A DNA stretch of 64,000 nt from an uncultured delta proteobacterium (GTDB taxonomy: Bacteria > Myxococcota > Myxococcia > Myxococcales > Myxococcaceae): positions 160,001-224,000 of the forward strand of contig CAVYSY010000032.1 of the NCBI GenBank assembly GCA_963771175.1, read 5' to 3'. The notes beneath the pieces are model-generated. The model saw only the letters and a list, made by a program, of their open reading frames with translations, did not search any database and had not been told where the DNA came from. Every line of letters starts with the position of its first letter. Within the stretch, counting starts at the first letter, position 1. This document shows positions 26,201 to 36,000 of this stretch, piece by piece. The position numbers and the translations under genes are program-made.

Positions 26201-26958
26201 GCGTGGATGGGGCCCACCACGGGGAAGAGCAGGTAGAGGACGTAACCGCTGGCGGCCACCCACAGGAACGCGCCGAGGGGCGAGGCCTGTCGTCCCGAGG
26301 GCGGATCCCTCCGCAGGGCGGTGATGACCGGGAACACCAGCGGCAGCGCGCTATAGACGAGCCCGCAGAGCCGCTCCAGCCAGGGCGTGCGGAGGAAGAG
26401 TCGGTACAGCGCCGGCTCCGGGGCCCACCCCAGCGAGACCTCGATGGCCTGGAGCGCCCCATCCAGCGTGGTGGGGCGCAGCAGGAAGGTGAGGCTGAGG
26501 AAGAAGCTCAAGAGGGGCACGACGCTCGCGAGCAGCAGCGCCTCGAACAACCGCGCTCGGGACTCCCACCGCCGCTCGATGGGGCCCCGGAAGCTCCCGA
26601 TGGTCAGCGCCCCCAGGGCGAACAGGCCGAGGAAGACGAGGAACGGCACCAGGCGCGCCTCCCCGAGGAAGACGCACCACGCGGCGGCGAACTCGAGCCC
26701 TCCCGCCACCACCCACACCAGCGTCTTCCGCGACGGCCGCGTGGCGAGCAGCAACGGCACCGCCCCCACGATGGCGCTCGCGAAGAAGGGCTGGTCGAGC
26801 AGCACGGCGAAGACCCGGTGCGGCAAGTGCCCGATCCCGAGCGCCCCGAGCACCTCGGCCACGAGGAAGAGCAGCCCCATCCCGAGCAAGAGGCCCCCCA
26901 GACGTCGGGCGCTGGCCTCCCACGAGGCGGTTGAATCCGGGGGAACGGGAGGGGACAT
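23248..26958 (-). CDS. Fusion of PAP2_3-like membrane phosphotransferase, multi-TM (MFS-like) region and spermidine-synthase-like SAM domain
   Basis: Intact 1236 aa ORF; CMPSLHTAW and FHYTVDL; FFLSGFAGLCYEV, LYGLNTLGA; IIGLGTG, VVELS, VTDGR. Confidence 0.85.
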   Translation of the reverse strand: MSPPVPPDSTASWEASARRLGGLLLGMGLLFLVAEVLGALGIGHLPHRVFAVLLDQPFFASAIVGAVPLLLATRPSRKTLVWVVAGGLEFAAAWCVFLGEARLVPFLVFLGLFALGALTIGSFRGPIERRWESRARLFEALLLASVVPLLSFFLSLTFLLRPTTLDGALQAIEVSLGWAPEPALYRLFLRTPWLERLCGLVYSALPLVFPVITALRRDPPSGRQASPLGAFLWVAASGYVLYLLFPVVGPIHAFGAEHAQGAFPLEKLLATSTMAVESLEPRNCMPSLHTAWALIAFWYTRGLRPWVRGLFGAFLGLTLLATLGFGFHYTVDLVVALPFTLAVLALCTPLAPEAAHTRARVLVGSITAVVAWLLVLRFAPRLLCLSPLGTWTAFALTVAGTLWGEWRLARSPRATELVPEAGEESAREAVPGVQTWAIGAMFFLSGFAGLCYEVIFAKSLGLAFGSTSRASTLVLATYMGGIALGSWLGGRWGSRVSNPVRAYALVEAGIALWCALSPFLMEWAHALYVLVARGSPPSSTGLMPLQGLFALGLLLPPTLLMGISMPLLARHLTDARQSLGRAVGLLYGLNTLGAALGALLTGYALLPAFGVRLSTWIAVGLNLLVALVGLGLARGPRGVPAAAPAEEPVSAPSASSIPAGTLGRVGLVLLGVGGVVTFALETTYIHLLAVVAGNSAYAFSLMVFAFLVGLASGAALGRRWLASTRAVLERLALLELVLATVLLAGSFLWAAVPGYFASFGDHPPTRGFAAREFVRFVVCCLAMVPPAVLIGAIYPLAMECVGASRPGARVVAMGRAAALNTLGNIVGAILGGLVLVDVLGSLRTLQLLAVACLLLGAVPLLAARAWKAPVPLVTAALALELLALQPASLDLDALSSGANVYFQAQGWGRVIDHRESVEGGLTTIAESKDPDGTPVRTMLTNGKFQGDDSQHREMQAQVAFSLVPLLHVPERGHAAIIGLGTGVSARIASDAGFEHLDVVELSRDMVDMARAHFPSVNGGVLDRPQVKTHVTDGRNFLLLSARAYDFIGMEVSSIWFAGAANLYNREFYGTARRALSERGVLQQWVQLHRLSHEDILSVVSTLRAEFPRVWLYVVGNQGVLVACAWDCGPDAGTLARINQTPALQPFLTLIESRAEDLLQSRVLGPEDVDRMLANPTDSGRHLEARVSTDDNLLLEYRTPRGNVRPYDDSLRDNLAFLRRFSPPAPAADARSSMPEP

Positions 26959-27056
26959 GCGCCCAGTGTAGCCCGGGAAATTCCAGGGGCAGAAGCAAGG
27001 GAGCGAGCCCTGGGCATGGCGCTAATATGCCGCCCCCCAACCCGCAGGAGCCTCCC

Positions 27057-27563
27057 ATGTCCGAGAAGAGCCCCGCCGCGCCCAAGTCCCCGCTCTCCCG
27101 CGCCGCCGATCGTGCCAGCGTCCCCGAGGAGTCGCAGCAGCACCCGCTCAATCCCAACTCGGAGATCCGCGGCCAATCGCTGAGCGACCTCGTGGGCCTG
27201 CGCCGCACCGGCGTCCACCTCCTGCGCATCCCTCCCGGCAAGGAGTCCTTCGTCTACCACTCGCACCAGCTCGAGGAGGAGTGGATGTACGTGCTGTCCG
27301 GCCGCGGCATCGCGGAGATCGGCGACGCGCAGCACGAGGTGGGCCCCGGCGACTTCCTCGGCTTCCCCACCCCGTCCGTCGGGCACCACCTGCGCAACCC
27401 CTTCTCCGAGGACCTCGTCTACCTCTCCGGCGGCGAGCGGCGCGAGATGGAGGTCGCCGACTTTCCTCGTCACAACAAGCGCATGGTCCGCGTCGGGCCC
27501 AACGTCACCCTCTGTCCGCTCGACCAGGTGGAGACGTTCACCATTCCCGGAAGCAATGACTAA
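27057..27563 (+). CDS. Cupin domain protein
   Basis: YHSHQLEEEWMYVLSGRG...GDFLGFP...HHLRN; GGAG RBS. Confidence 0.9.
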   Translation: MSEKSPAAPKSPLSRAADRASVPEESQQHPLNPNSEIRGQSLSDLVGLRRTGVHLLRIPPGKESFVYHSHQLEEEWMYVLSGRGIAEIGDAQHEVGPGDFLGFPTPSVGHHLRNPFSEDLVYLSGGERREMEVADFPRHNKRMVRVGPNVTLCPLDQVETFTIPGSND

Positions 27564-27575
27564 CTTCAGGGGGCG

Positions 27576-29270
27576 ATGAACCAGGCCCCTCCGCACAGCC
27601 TCGACGCCTTCGTCCGACTCCGCGCCTCGTTCTTCGAGCGCTACCTCCAGACCCAGCCCGAGGAGGCCACCACCCTCGGGCTCCACCACCTGGATGATCG
27701 GCTGAAGGACCTCTCCTCCTCCGCGCTCGGCGACGAGTACGCCTTCCATCGCGACGTCCTCGCGCGGCTCGAACGGCTGCCCCCAGAGGAGCTCCCCCCG
27801 GAGGCCCAGCTCGATCGGCTGGCGATGCTCGGCGTCACCCGGTTCCACGTCCACGCCTACGAGGACCTGCGCAGCCACCGGCGGAATGTCGAGCTGTCGA
27901 CCTATCCGCACACGATGCTGCAGTACCAGATCGGTCAGGCCGAGACGGCCGAGGACTGGTCCGCCATCGCCAGCCGGACCGCGCGCATCCCCACCTTCCT
28001 CCGGCAGCAGGAGCAACTCCTCGCCGAGGGTCTCGCCACGGGCGAGCTGCCGGACGTCCACATCGTCCAGGACTTCGAGGAGGACCAGCTCCCCGTCATC
28101 GTGCGCTACTTCGACCACCTCCCGGCCCTGCCCGGGGCGCACCAGGTGACGCTCTCGGGAGCCGATTCCCGGGCCCTCCAACAGGCGTCCTGGGACGCTC
28201 GGGAGGCCTTCGCCACCCACCGCCAGTTCCTCCGCGAGCGCGTGCTGCCCCACGCGCGCCCGGGTGTCGTGCTCGGCGAGGACGAGTACCGGTGGCGGCT
28301 CCAGCACATGTTCGGCCTCACCGCCTCGCCCGAGGAGTTGGTGCGCCAGGCCGAGGACGTGCTCGCCCGGGCCCAGGAGTCCATCGTCCAGCTCGCCGGC
28401 CAGCTCGGCGCGCCCCTCTCCAACCTGGCCGAGGCCCGCGCGCTCCTCGCCCAACTGGAGACGGAGAGCCCCGCTCGGGACGAGGACGTCATCCCCCTCT
28501 ACCGGGGGCTCATCGAGCGCGCCGAGACCTTCATCCACGAGCAGGGGATGTTCAACGTGCCCGCCGGCTACCGGCTGGGACTGAAGTACCTGCCCCCGGG
28601 CATGGTGGACGTGCGGGGCACCAACTGGCCCGCGCCGCTGCTCGACTCGCGCAAGGTGGGCTGGTTCGTGCTGGCCCCCATGGCGGCTGCCCACCCCACC
28701 GTCTGGGCCGCGCTGCTCGCGGTGCACGAGGGCATCCCGGGCCACTTCCTTCAGAGCGTCGCCTGGCAGCGCGGCTTCTCCCAGCACCCGGCCCCGGTGC
28801 GCTTCCTCCTGGTGACGGACCACGTGGCCATGGCGCGAAGCCACTTCGGCCCCATGCTCAACATCGAGGGCTACGCCACCTACGCCGAGGAGCGGATGCG
28901 GCGCGCGGGCTTCTACTCCGCCCCCGAGGCCCTCACCGCACTGGTGGCCCGGGCGCTGCGCGCGGTGCGCGTGGTGGTGGACATCGGCCTCCACACCCGG
29001 CGCATGAACGACGAGGAGGCGGTGCGCTACCTCGTGCACCACGCCTGCATGCCGGAGCCCAACGCCCACCGCGAGGTGCTGCGCTACAAGCGCATCCCCC
29101 TGCAGGCCATCACCTACCTGCTCGGCGCGCTCGAGTTCGAGCAACTGGAGGCGGACTGCCGGCGAGAGCGTGGGAGTCGCTTCGACGAGGCCGCCTTCCA
29201 CGACGAGCTCTTCTCGTTCGGCCCCGTGCCTCCCGCGCTCCTGCGGCGCTTCATGCTGGCCGCGCCGTGA
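27576..29270 (+). CDS. DUF885 family protein (putative metallopeptidase)
   Basis: PEEATTLG, HEGIPGHFLQ, EGYATYAE, RAVRVVVDIGLH, PLQAITYLLG. Confidence 0.92.
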   Translation: MNQAPPHSLDAFVRLRASFFERYLQTQPEEATTLGLHHLDDRLKDLSSSALGDEYAFHRDVLARLERLPPEELPPEAQLDRLAMLGVTRFHVHAYEDLRSHRRNVELSTYPHTMLQYQIGQAETAEDWSAIASRTARIPTFLRQQEQLLAEGLATGELPDVHIVQDFEEDQLPVIVRYFDHLPALPGAHQVTLSGADSRALQQASWDAREAFATHRQFLRERVLPHARPGVVLGEDEYRWRLQHMFGLTASPEELVRQAEDVLARAQESIVQLAGQLGAPLSNLAEARALLAQLETESPARDEDVIPLYRGLIERAETFIHEQGMFNVPAGYRLGLKYLPPGMVDVRGTNWPAPLLDSRKVGWFVLAPMAAAHPTVWAALLAVHEGIPGHFLQSVAWQRGFSQHPAPVRFLLVTDHVAMARSHFGPMLNIEGYATYAEERMRRAGFYSAPEALTALVARALRAVRVVVDIGLHTRRMNDEEAVRYLVHHACMPEPNAHREVLRYKRIPLQAITYLLGALEFEQLEADCRRERGSRFDEAAFHDELFSFGPVPPALLRRFMLAAP

Positions 29271-29700
29271 AATCGGCGAGCCAGCCCAGGTAACGCGTAT
29301 CGCCCCCGCCCTGGCCTCGCACGCGGTGGAGGCCCCGCTTGAAGAGGGCGTAGGTGCGGAAGAAGGCCGCGAGCCCCACCCTGTCCACCGCTCGCAGGGG
29401 CCGCGTGCTGCAGATGACCTTGGGGTCGGCGCACCCGGCGTCGAGGAACTTGATGACCCCCACCACGGGAACGCGCACGCGCTCGCCCCGGCGCAGGCGA
29501 GGGCCGAGCACCACCACATCCAGCGGATCCCCATCTCCCGATTGAAGCCCGGGGATGCAGCCGTAGTTGTAGGGACATGGCAGCGGGGAGATGAAGTCCA
29601 CGCTCCCGTCGGCCCGCCGCTTCACCAGGGACCAGCGGGGGGACTCGACGAGGACCTCGGGCTCTCGCGGGAGCTCCGGCGGAAGGGCGAAATCGAACAC
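29251..29700 (-). CDS. Family I inorganic pyrophosphatase-like protein (short)
   Basis: PYNYGCIPG...GDGDPLDVVVL...DPKVI. Confidence 0.85.
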   Translation of the reverse strand: MFDFALPPELPREPEVLVESPRWSLVKRRADGSVDFISPLPCPYNYGCIPGLQSGDGDPLDVVVLGPRLRRGERVRVPVVGVIKFLDAGCADPKVICSTRPLRAVDRVGLAAFFRTYALFKRGLHRVRGQGGGDTRYLGWLADFTARPA

Positions 29701-29954
29701 CCGGGCTGTCTAGCACGAGAAGTCCCCTTGCTCGTCCGGCGTCCGAGGGAGCCGGCCCTCGCGTGGGCCCGGTGCTCCCTCCCGCGAGCGTCCGCCTTCG
29801 TCCGTGAGGGAACGCTCGCGGTGGAAGGTGCTCCACACAAGGCATGGGGCTCTGTGAACCCGGGCACGGCGGCATCCCTGGAAAGTTTGACCGCCCCTGG
29901 CTCCGGCCCGGGCGCCTGTCCACCTCCTCTCCTCAGGCGGGAAAGGAGCGTGCG

Positions 29955-31676
29955 ATGCGGGGGCGTTGGGGACTTCTCGGCCTACTGGCCGTGGTGGCGT
30001 GTACGGGGGGAGGGAAAGCTCCCATGGAGCTGGGCCACGCGGAGTGCACGGACGTGACCCAGGGCTCCCTCCCCGAGCGGGAGCTGGACGCAGCCTCGGG
30101 GGATGGTCGCGAGGCCGTCATCGTGCGCTACCGCTCCGGCGCCCGGGTGAGCGCGGCCAGAGTGCAGCGCCTCGGTGGCCAGGTGAAGGCGCAGTACCAC
30201 TCCGTCTCAGCGGTGGCCGCGCGAGTGACGCCCGAGGAGCGCGCCCGGCTCGCCGCGGATCCGGACGTGGAGCGCATCGAGCCGGACCTGGAGCTGCGAC
30301 CGCTCGGGTTGCCCGTGCTCGCACCGACCGCGTTGCTCGCGGCTCCCAGGACGACCGGCTCCGTGGATGAGTACACCGCCACGCTGCGGCTCGTGCAGGC
30401 GCCGAGTGTGTGGGACGCCAACGAGGACGGCGTGCTCGACCCGGGAGCCCCGACGGGCGAGCGCATCAAGGTGTGCATCATCGACAGCGGCATCGACCGG
30501 CGGCACCCCGAGCTGGAGGCGGCCTACACGGGCGGCCATGACTTCGTGGACGACGACGAGGACCCGAGCGACGAGACGGACGGCGTGCGGGGCATCGGCC
30601 ACGGCACACACGTGGCGGGCATCATCGCGGCGCAGCTCGGCTCGGGGGGCACGACCTACCCGGGCATGAGCCCGGGCGGCATGGTGGGCGTGGCCCCCGG
30701 GGCGGAGCTGCTGATCGCCCGGGTGCTCAACGTGCAGGAGCGAGCCAGCGTCAGCGACGTGCTCTCGGCGCTCGAGTGGTGCCAGCAGCAGGGGGCGAAG
30801 GTCGCCTCGCTGTCACTCGGCAGCCCGGCGGACATGGGGAGCACGGCGCGGGATGCCTTCCAGGCCGCGTACGATGGCGGGATGCTCATCGTCGCGGCGT
30901 CGGGGAACGACAGCGACCCCGATCACGAGGCGCCCCTGAGCTACCCGGCGGCCTTCCCCTCCGTGTTGGCCGTGGGGGCGGTGGACTCGGCGGAGGAGGT
31001 GGCCTCCTTCTCCAACCGGGGCCAGGGGCTGAGCCTGGTGGCGCCCGGCGTGGAAGTGCTCTCCTCCGTCTCCGTGAAGGGGGCCACCGTATCGGCGCTC
31101 GACGTGGAGGGGGAAGCGTATCGCTCCCGCTCGCTCATCTTCGCACCGGCCGGCGAGTTCACGGGCGAGCTCGTCGATTGCGGCGTGGGCGAGTCCCGCG
31201 GGTGTCTGGCCGGCTCGTGCGAGGGCTTCGTGGCCTACGTGCGGCTGATTCCGGGCAACTCGCCCGCGCGCATGGCGAACAACGTCATCAAGCAGGGCGC
31301 GAAGGCCATCATCGTCGGTGCCGACGAGTCCGAGACGCTGGAGTGGCAGATAGCGCTGGACGGGCCGGGGAAGAAGTGGGTGCCCACGCTGGCGGTGGGC
31401 CGCGAGTCGCGCGCCACCGTGCTCAAGAACCTGGGCAAGCAGGTCCACGTGAACCTGCAGGGGGTGGACTACGCGTGGTTCCCGGGGACCTCGATGGCGG
31501 CCCCCCATGTATCGGCGGTGGCGGCGCTCGTGTGGAGCGCGCGGCCGACGATGAAGCCCGCCGAGGTGCGTGAGTTGATGGAGCGCACCGCGAAGGACCT
31601 GGGCGAGCCGGGTCGCGACCCGAGTTACGGCTACGGGCTGGTGCAGGCGAAGGCGGCGCTCGACGCGCTCAAGTAG
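29955..31676 (+). CDS. S8 subtilisin-like serine protease lipoprotein with I9 propeptide and PA insert
   Basis: Lipobox VVA-C; triad IIDSG / HGTHVAG / GTSMAAPHV; oxyanion AASGN. Confidence 0.95.
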   Translation: MRGRWGLLGLLAVVACTGGGKAPMELGHAECTDVTQGSLPERELDAASGDGREAVIVRYRSGARVSAARVQRLGGQVKAQYHSVSAVAARVTPEERARLAADPDVERIEPDLELRPLGLPVLAPTALLAAPRTTGSVDEYTATLRLVQAPSVWDANEDGVLDPGAPTGERIKVCIIDSGIDRRHPELEAAYTGGHDFVDDDEDPSDETDGVRGIGHGTHVAGIIAAQLGSGGTTYPGMSPGGMVGVAPGAELLIARVLNVQERASVSDVLSALEWCQQQGAKVASLSLGSPADMGSTARDAFQAAYDGGMLIVAASGNDSDPDHEAPLSYPAAFPSVLAVGAVDSAEEVASFSNRGQGLSLVAPGVEVLSSVSVKGATVSALDVEGEAYRSRSLIFAPAGEFTGELVDCGVGESRGCLAGSCEGFVAYVRLIPGNSPARMANNVIKQGAKAIIVGADESETLEWQIALDGPGKKWVPTLAVGRESRATVLKNLGKQVHVNLQGVDYAWFPGTSMAAPHVSAVAALVWSARPTMKPAEVRELMERTAKDLGEPGRDPSYGYGLVQAKAALDALK

Positions 31677-31727
31677 CTCACCCCTCTGTGGGCGAGGGTC
31701 AGGGTGGGGATAGTCTCCCGGTGAGCC

Positions 31728-33033
31728 ATGCCCACCGAGCCCACCCTGCTGCGCTACATGACGCGCTTCCGCTGCATCGCGGAGCGCTGTGAGGACACCT
31801 GCTGCAGTGGGCTCCGGGTGCCCGTGAGCGAGGCACACTGGCACCGGATGCAGGCGGCGGTGGCGGGCAGCCCGGAGGAGTCGGAGCGCCTGTATCAACT
31901 CGTGCTCCCGAACCCAGACGGGGCCTCCGCCACGGAGCACGCCTTCATCCAGATGCGCCCGGACGGGCACTGCCCCTTCCTGGACACGGAGCGGCTCTGC
32001 TCGCTCCAGCGCCGCCACGGTGACGCCGTGCTGCCGGACATCTGCGCCACCTTCCCGCGCGTCGTCACGAAGTGGGGCGAGCAGGTGGAAGTCACGGGAA
32101 CCCTGGCCTGCCCGGAGGTGGCGCGCCAGTGCTTGCTGGAGGAGGACGCGGTGGAGCCGGTCTCCTCGCCCGCCCTGTCCCAGCACGTACCCCGGCCGGA
32201 ATCGGCGAGACACATTCCGCTCGACGCAGAGGACGCCTACGGCTTCCACGCGGACACGGTGCGCGCGGCGATGCTGCGACTCCTGCACCGGCGCGAGTAT
32301 CCCCTCGCCTCGCGGCTCGCCCTGCTGGGGCACCTGGCGTACGGGCTGGACGACTTCTACTTCCAAGGGACGGAGTCCTTCCGAGGCGAGGAACGTGCAG
32401 GGGCCGAGCTCGCTTTGGCCGAGGTGCTCCAGCGCTTCGAGTCCCCGGACGAGCTGGACGAGGTGCACCGGGACTTCTCCTCGCTGGCGCTCCCCGGAGG
32501 CCCCTGCGTGGGCCTGTTCACCTCGGTGCTGAAGGCCCGGATGGCCGCCGGTCGCGGTGAGCGGTTCTCCACCCTGGTCCGTGGCGTGCTGGAGTCCCTC
32601 CCCCTCGGTGAAGGCAGCCCGGGAGAGCTGGACTCGGCCTGGAGCACCTACGCGGAGCGGTGGCGACGCATGGAAGCGCTGCACGGCGTACGGGTGCACC
32701 AGTACTTCCACAACTACGCCGTCCACCAGCTCTGGCGCAGCCCGTTCACTGATGCGCCGAGCCTGCTCGCGTACGTGTTCCGCCTCGTCCTGCGGGTGGG
32801 GCTGCTCCGGCTGGCGCTCGTGGGCCATCCCCGAGTGGTGGCGCTCTAGCCAGGAACCATCCCCCACCGCCGAATCCCAGGAGCAACTGGACCGGGCGGC
32901 GGTGGAGACCTTCCAGCTCGTGGCGAAGCACGTGGAACAGGCGCCGGACTTCCTCTCACTCGCCGAGGGGCTCGTGGGCCCGGGGCGCGGCGCGGACGCC
33001 CTGGGCAAGGTGCTCGTCTTCGCGACGTTCTGA
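31728..33033 (+). CDS. FliB-like lysine N-methylase (indel/stop near 32848)
   Basis: FRCIAERCEDTCC, CPFLDTERLCSLQ, ICATFPR, LACPE; frame resumes to ...VFATF stop at 33033. Confidence 0.8.
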
Positions 33034-33038
33034 GCGAG

Positions 33039-36000
33039 TCAGCCCTGGACGAACTCGACGGAGAGTGCCGCGCCTGGCGGGCGGTGGCTCCACTCCTGGA
33101 AGGACGCGCGGAAGTCGTCCACCGTCCGTGCGAGCGCACTTCCGGGGCGTGCCGAGAGGGCATTGGCGCCATCCCGCGAGGAGAGGCCGATGATGAAGGG
33201 GCCCTCGGGCTCCGCGCTCGGGAAGGGCCGCACGAAGAGCCCGCGGTCGGCCTCCATCCGGTACACCAGCGCCGAGAGATGCCCGAGCACCCAGCCCGCG
33301 GCCGCCTCGCGCACCTCGGAGGAAGGCGCCTCGACGGAGACCACGAGCCGCACGGACATCTCCTTGTCGAGGTCCGCCGGCTCGAACAGCGCCGCCCAGG
33401 CCGCCACCGAGTCCTCGGCGCGCGCCCGACGCACCACCTCACGCGCCCGGACGAGCTCGTCGCGCAGCACTCGGAGCGTCGAGCGTGAGACGTTGCGCGC
33501 GGAGTTGCGAGGCGGCAGCGTGGGCGCCACCACCGGCATGAGGTCCCTGCGGTTGCCGAGCTGGTAGTGCGCCGTCTCGGAGGTCAGGGTGACGGGCCGA
33601 GGCCAGGGCCAGGTGGCGAACGTCTCGAAGAACCAGGCGAGCAACCCGCTGTCCGAGCTCGCGGCCTCCCGGGGCGCGCGCGTACACGCCCAGGCCACCA
33701 GCACCGCCCACGACAGCCCGCCCAGGTAGCCCAGCGCGTGCGAGTACACCCCGCGAGCCTTCGCCCAGGCCCGCACGGCGCGCATGACCGTGCGGAAGCG
33801 CTCGGGCCCCACCCCCTCCCGCTCCACGCAGTCGAGCAGCGCCCGCGTGTCCGTCCAACCGTTGAGCGCTCGGAAGCTGATGGTGTCCAGCCGCTCCCCG
33901 TGTCGAGCCAGCAGCTCCGCGGGGGGACATGGCTCCACACCTTCGGGGCGGCGCGCGTACGACACGTCGAATTGCACGCCGTCGAGTGCCACCTTCACCA
34001 GGGGCAGGGCGGCGTCGGCCACGAAGCGCGAGCCCGAGTGCCCCTCCTGCCCGGCCAGAAGCGAGGTGAGCGCGTGCGCGAAGTCCTCGCGGGACAGGCT
34101 CGCGGGCCCGACCGCCACCGCGTCCACGTCACTCCCGGCGTTGTCCGTGCCGAGCAGGTACGAGCCATACGGGTGGAGCTCCGCCCCGAGCCGGGCGCAC
34201 AGGGCCTGGAGCCTGCCCACCACGGCCCGGCGCGCCTGCCGCACCTCGTCGGATGGGCCTGCCACTCGCGCCGACAGCACGGTGTGGAGCGAGTCCTTCA
34301 CCTCGGGAGTGGAACGGGGCCGGCCGAAGCGAGGCCCCCCGTCCCGCCGTGGACGCCGGGCACCGCCGAGCGGCACGCGCCGACGCACCTCGAAGCGGCC
34401 CTCTCACCGCGCTGGCTGGTGAGGCACACGTCGCTCACCTCGAAGCGAGAGCGGGCGCCAGTCCCGCTCCCATGTGGCCAGCGTGCGCCGGGTGTCAGCC
34501 GCCGCCGCACGCGGGAGCTGCCCGACGGTCAGGTGCGGTCTGAACTCGTGCTCGAACTCGCGCCGCTGTGCCTCGCTCCGAGGAAACACCGCCTCGAGTG
34601 CGGCGTGCAGCGCCTTCAGCGCACCGTGCGGGCGATCGTCCGGGCGGAGCCAGGCCGTCACGTCGGCACGGTGCTCGAAATACCCGAAGCCCGAGAGCGA
34701 CACCTCGAAGGGCTCGATGTCCCGGAGCGCCTCCGCGATGAGCGCCTCCGCCTCGTCGAAGTGCTCCTCTGGCACGAAGGGGAAGAGCAGCGTCACGTGC
34801 GGCATCCAGCGCTGCGTACTTCGAGTCGTGCACCTTGCGCAGGGCCTGGATGGGAGCCCACAGCTCCTCGGGAGGGATGAGCACCAGGACCGACTGGCGG
34901 ACGAGCGGCACCGTCAGCGCTTGGGGAGTCGCCTTGATGGGCTTGGGCGCCGGAGCCTGGCGAGACACGGTGTCACGGCGCAGCACACAGCTCAGCCCGA
35001 AGTGGTCCGACGCGAAGAGCACATCCCCTCCGGGACCTGGAGGGCCCGAGAGAGGCTGTTCGGCGAAGAGACCCACCTTCTGTGGGGCAAGCCTTCCAGA
35101 GACCGAGCGCACGAGTACGCGATCAAGGCGCTGTCTCCGACCCGAGGTGGTCGTGAGCGCGGCGAGCGTGTTGCGCGACGGATCGAACGTATATCCCGCA
35201 TCGCCGGGCTTCAGTGCCGTCCAGGCATCGACGAAGCCGGCCTGCGCGAAGCGCTGGAGCTCGGGCGCGTCGTCGCCGAAGTTGAAGTCACCCACCAGCG
35301 CGACATCGGGTGCCTGAGTCCCCTCGCTGCCGAGAGACAGAGCCCATTCGATGAGGGTCTGGACCTGGGTAGCCCGCGCCGAGCCGCCAGAGCTGTCCCG
35401 GTTGCTCGTCAGGTGCGGAGTGGCCACCCACAGCGTGCCGCCCGGAAGCGCGAGCTCGCCCGCGATGATGCGCTTGTCACGAGAGAAGACGCACTGGCTC
35501 AGCGAAGCGAACGGGAAGCGGGAGAGGAGGACCTGCCCATAGGGCTCGACGGTGGATGCGGCCGGGCCCTCCGAGACGAAGTAGTGCTCGCGCACCCACT
35601 GCTTCTCGAGCAACGCGCGGAGGAAGGGAGCGGTGACTTCCTGCAGGGCGATGATGTCGGCATCGACCGAGCGCAGCAGGGAGAGCGTCGCGGCGGTCCG
35701 CCGGTGCGTGGCGAGCAACTCCGGGTCATACAGGTCGAACAGGACGTTGAACGTGGCGACCGAGAGTTCCGCGACAGCGGGGAGGGCCTCGGCACCACGG
35801 GCCGGCCGTTCTGCTTCGACCCAAGCCGTGGCTCGCGAGTCGTAGCGATAACAAGGCAGGGGCGAGAAGCGAGGCCCGCTCTCGACGGAGGGAGGAGGCA
35901 GTGGCGGAGGCGGTGCGGGCGCCTCCGAAGGTCCGAGGGAAAGCTCGGACATCCGGTCGATGCGTTCGCGGCGGTCCCACACCACCTCGTGGCCACGCCG

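Noticed and set aside
23416..26934. 1172 aa plus-strand ORF and other long antisense ORFs (e.g. 26604-29534, 30813-33008, 17928-19805)
   Set aside because: Shadow frames of real high-GC genes; no motifs and biased composition
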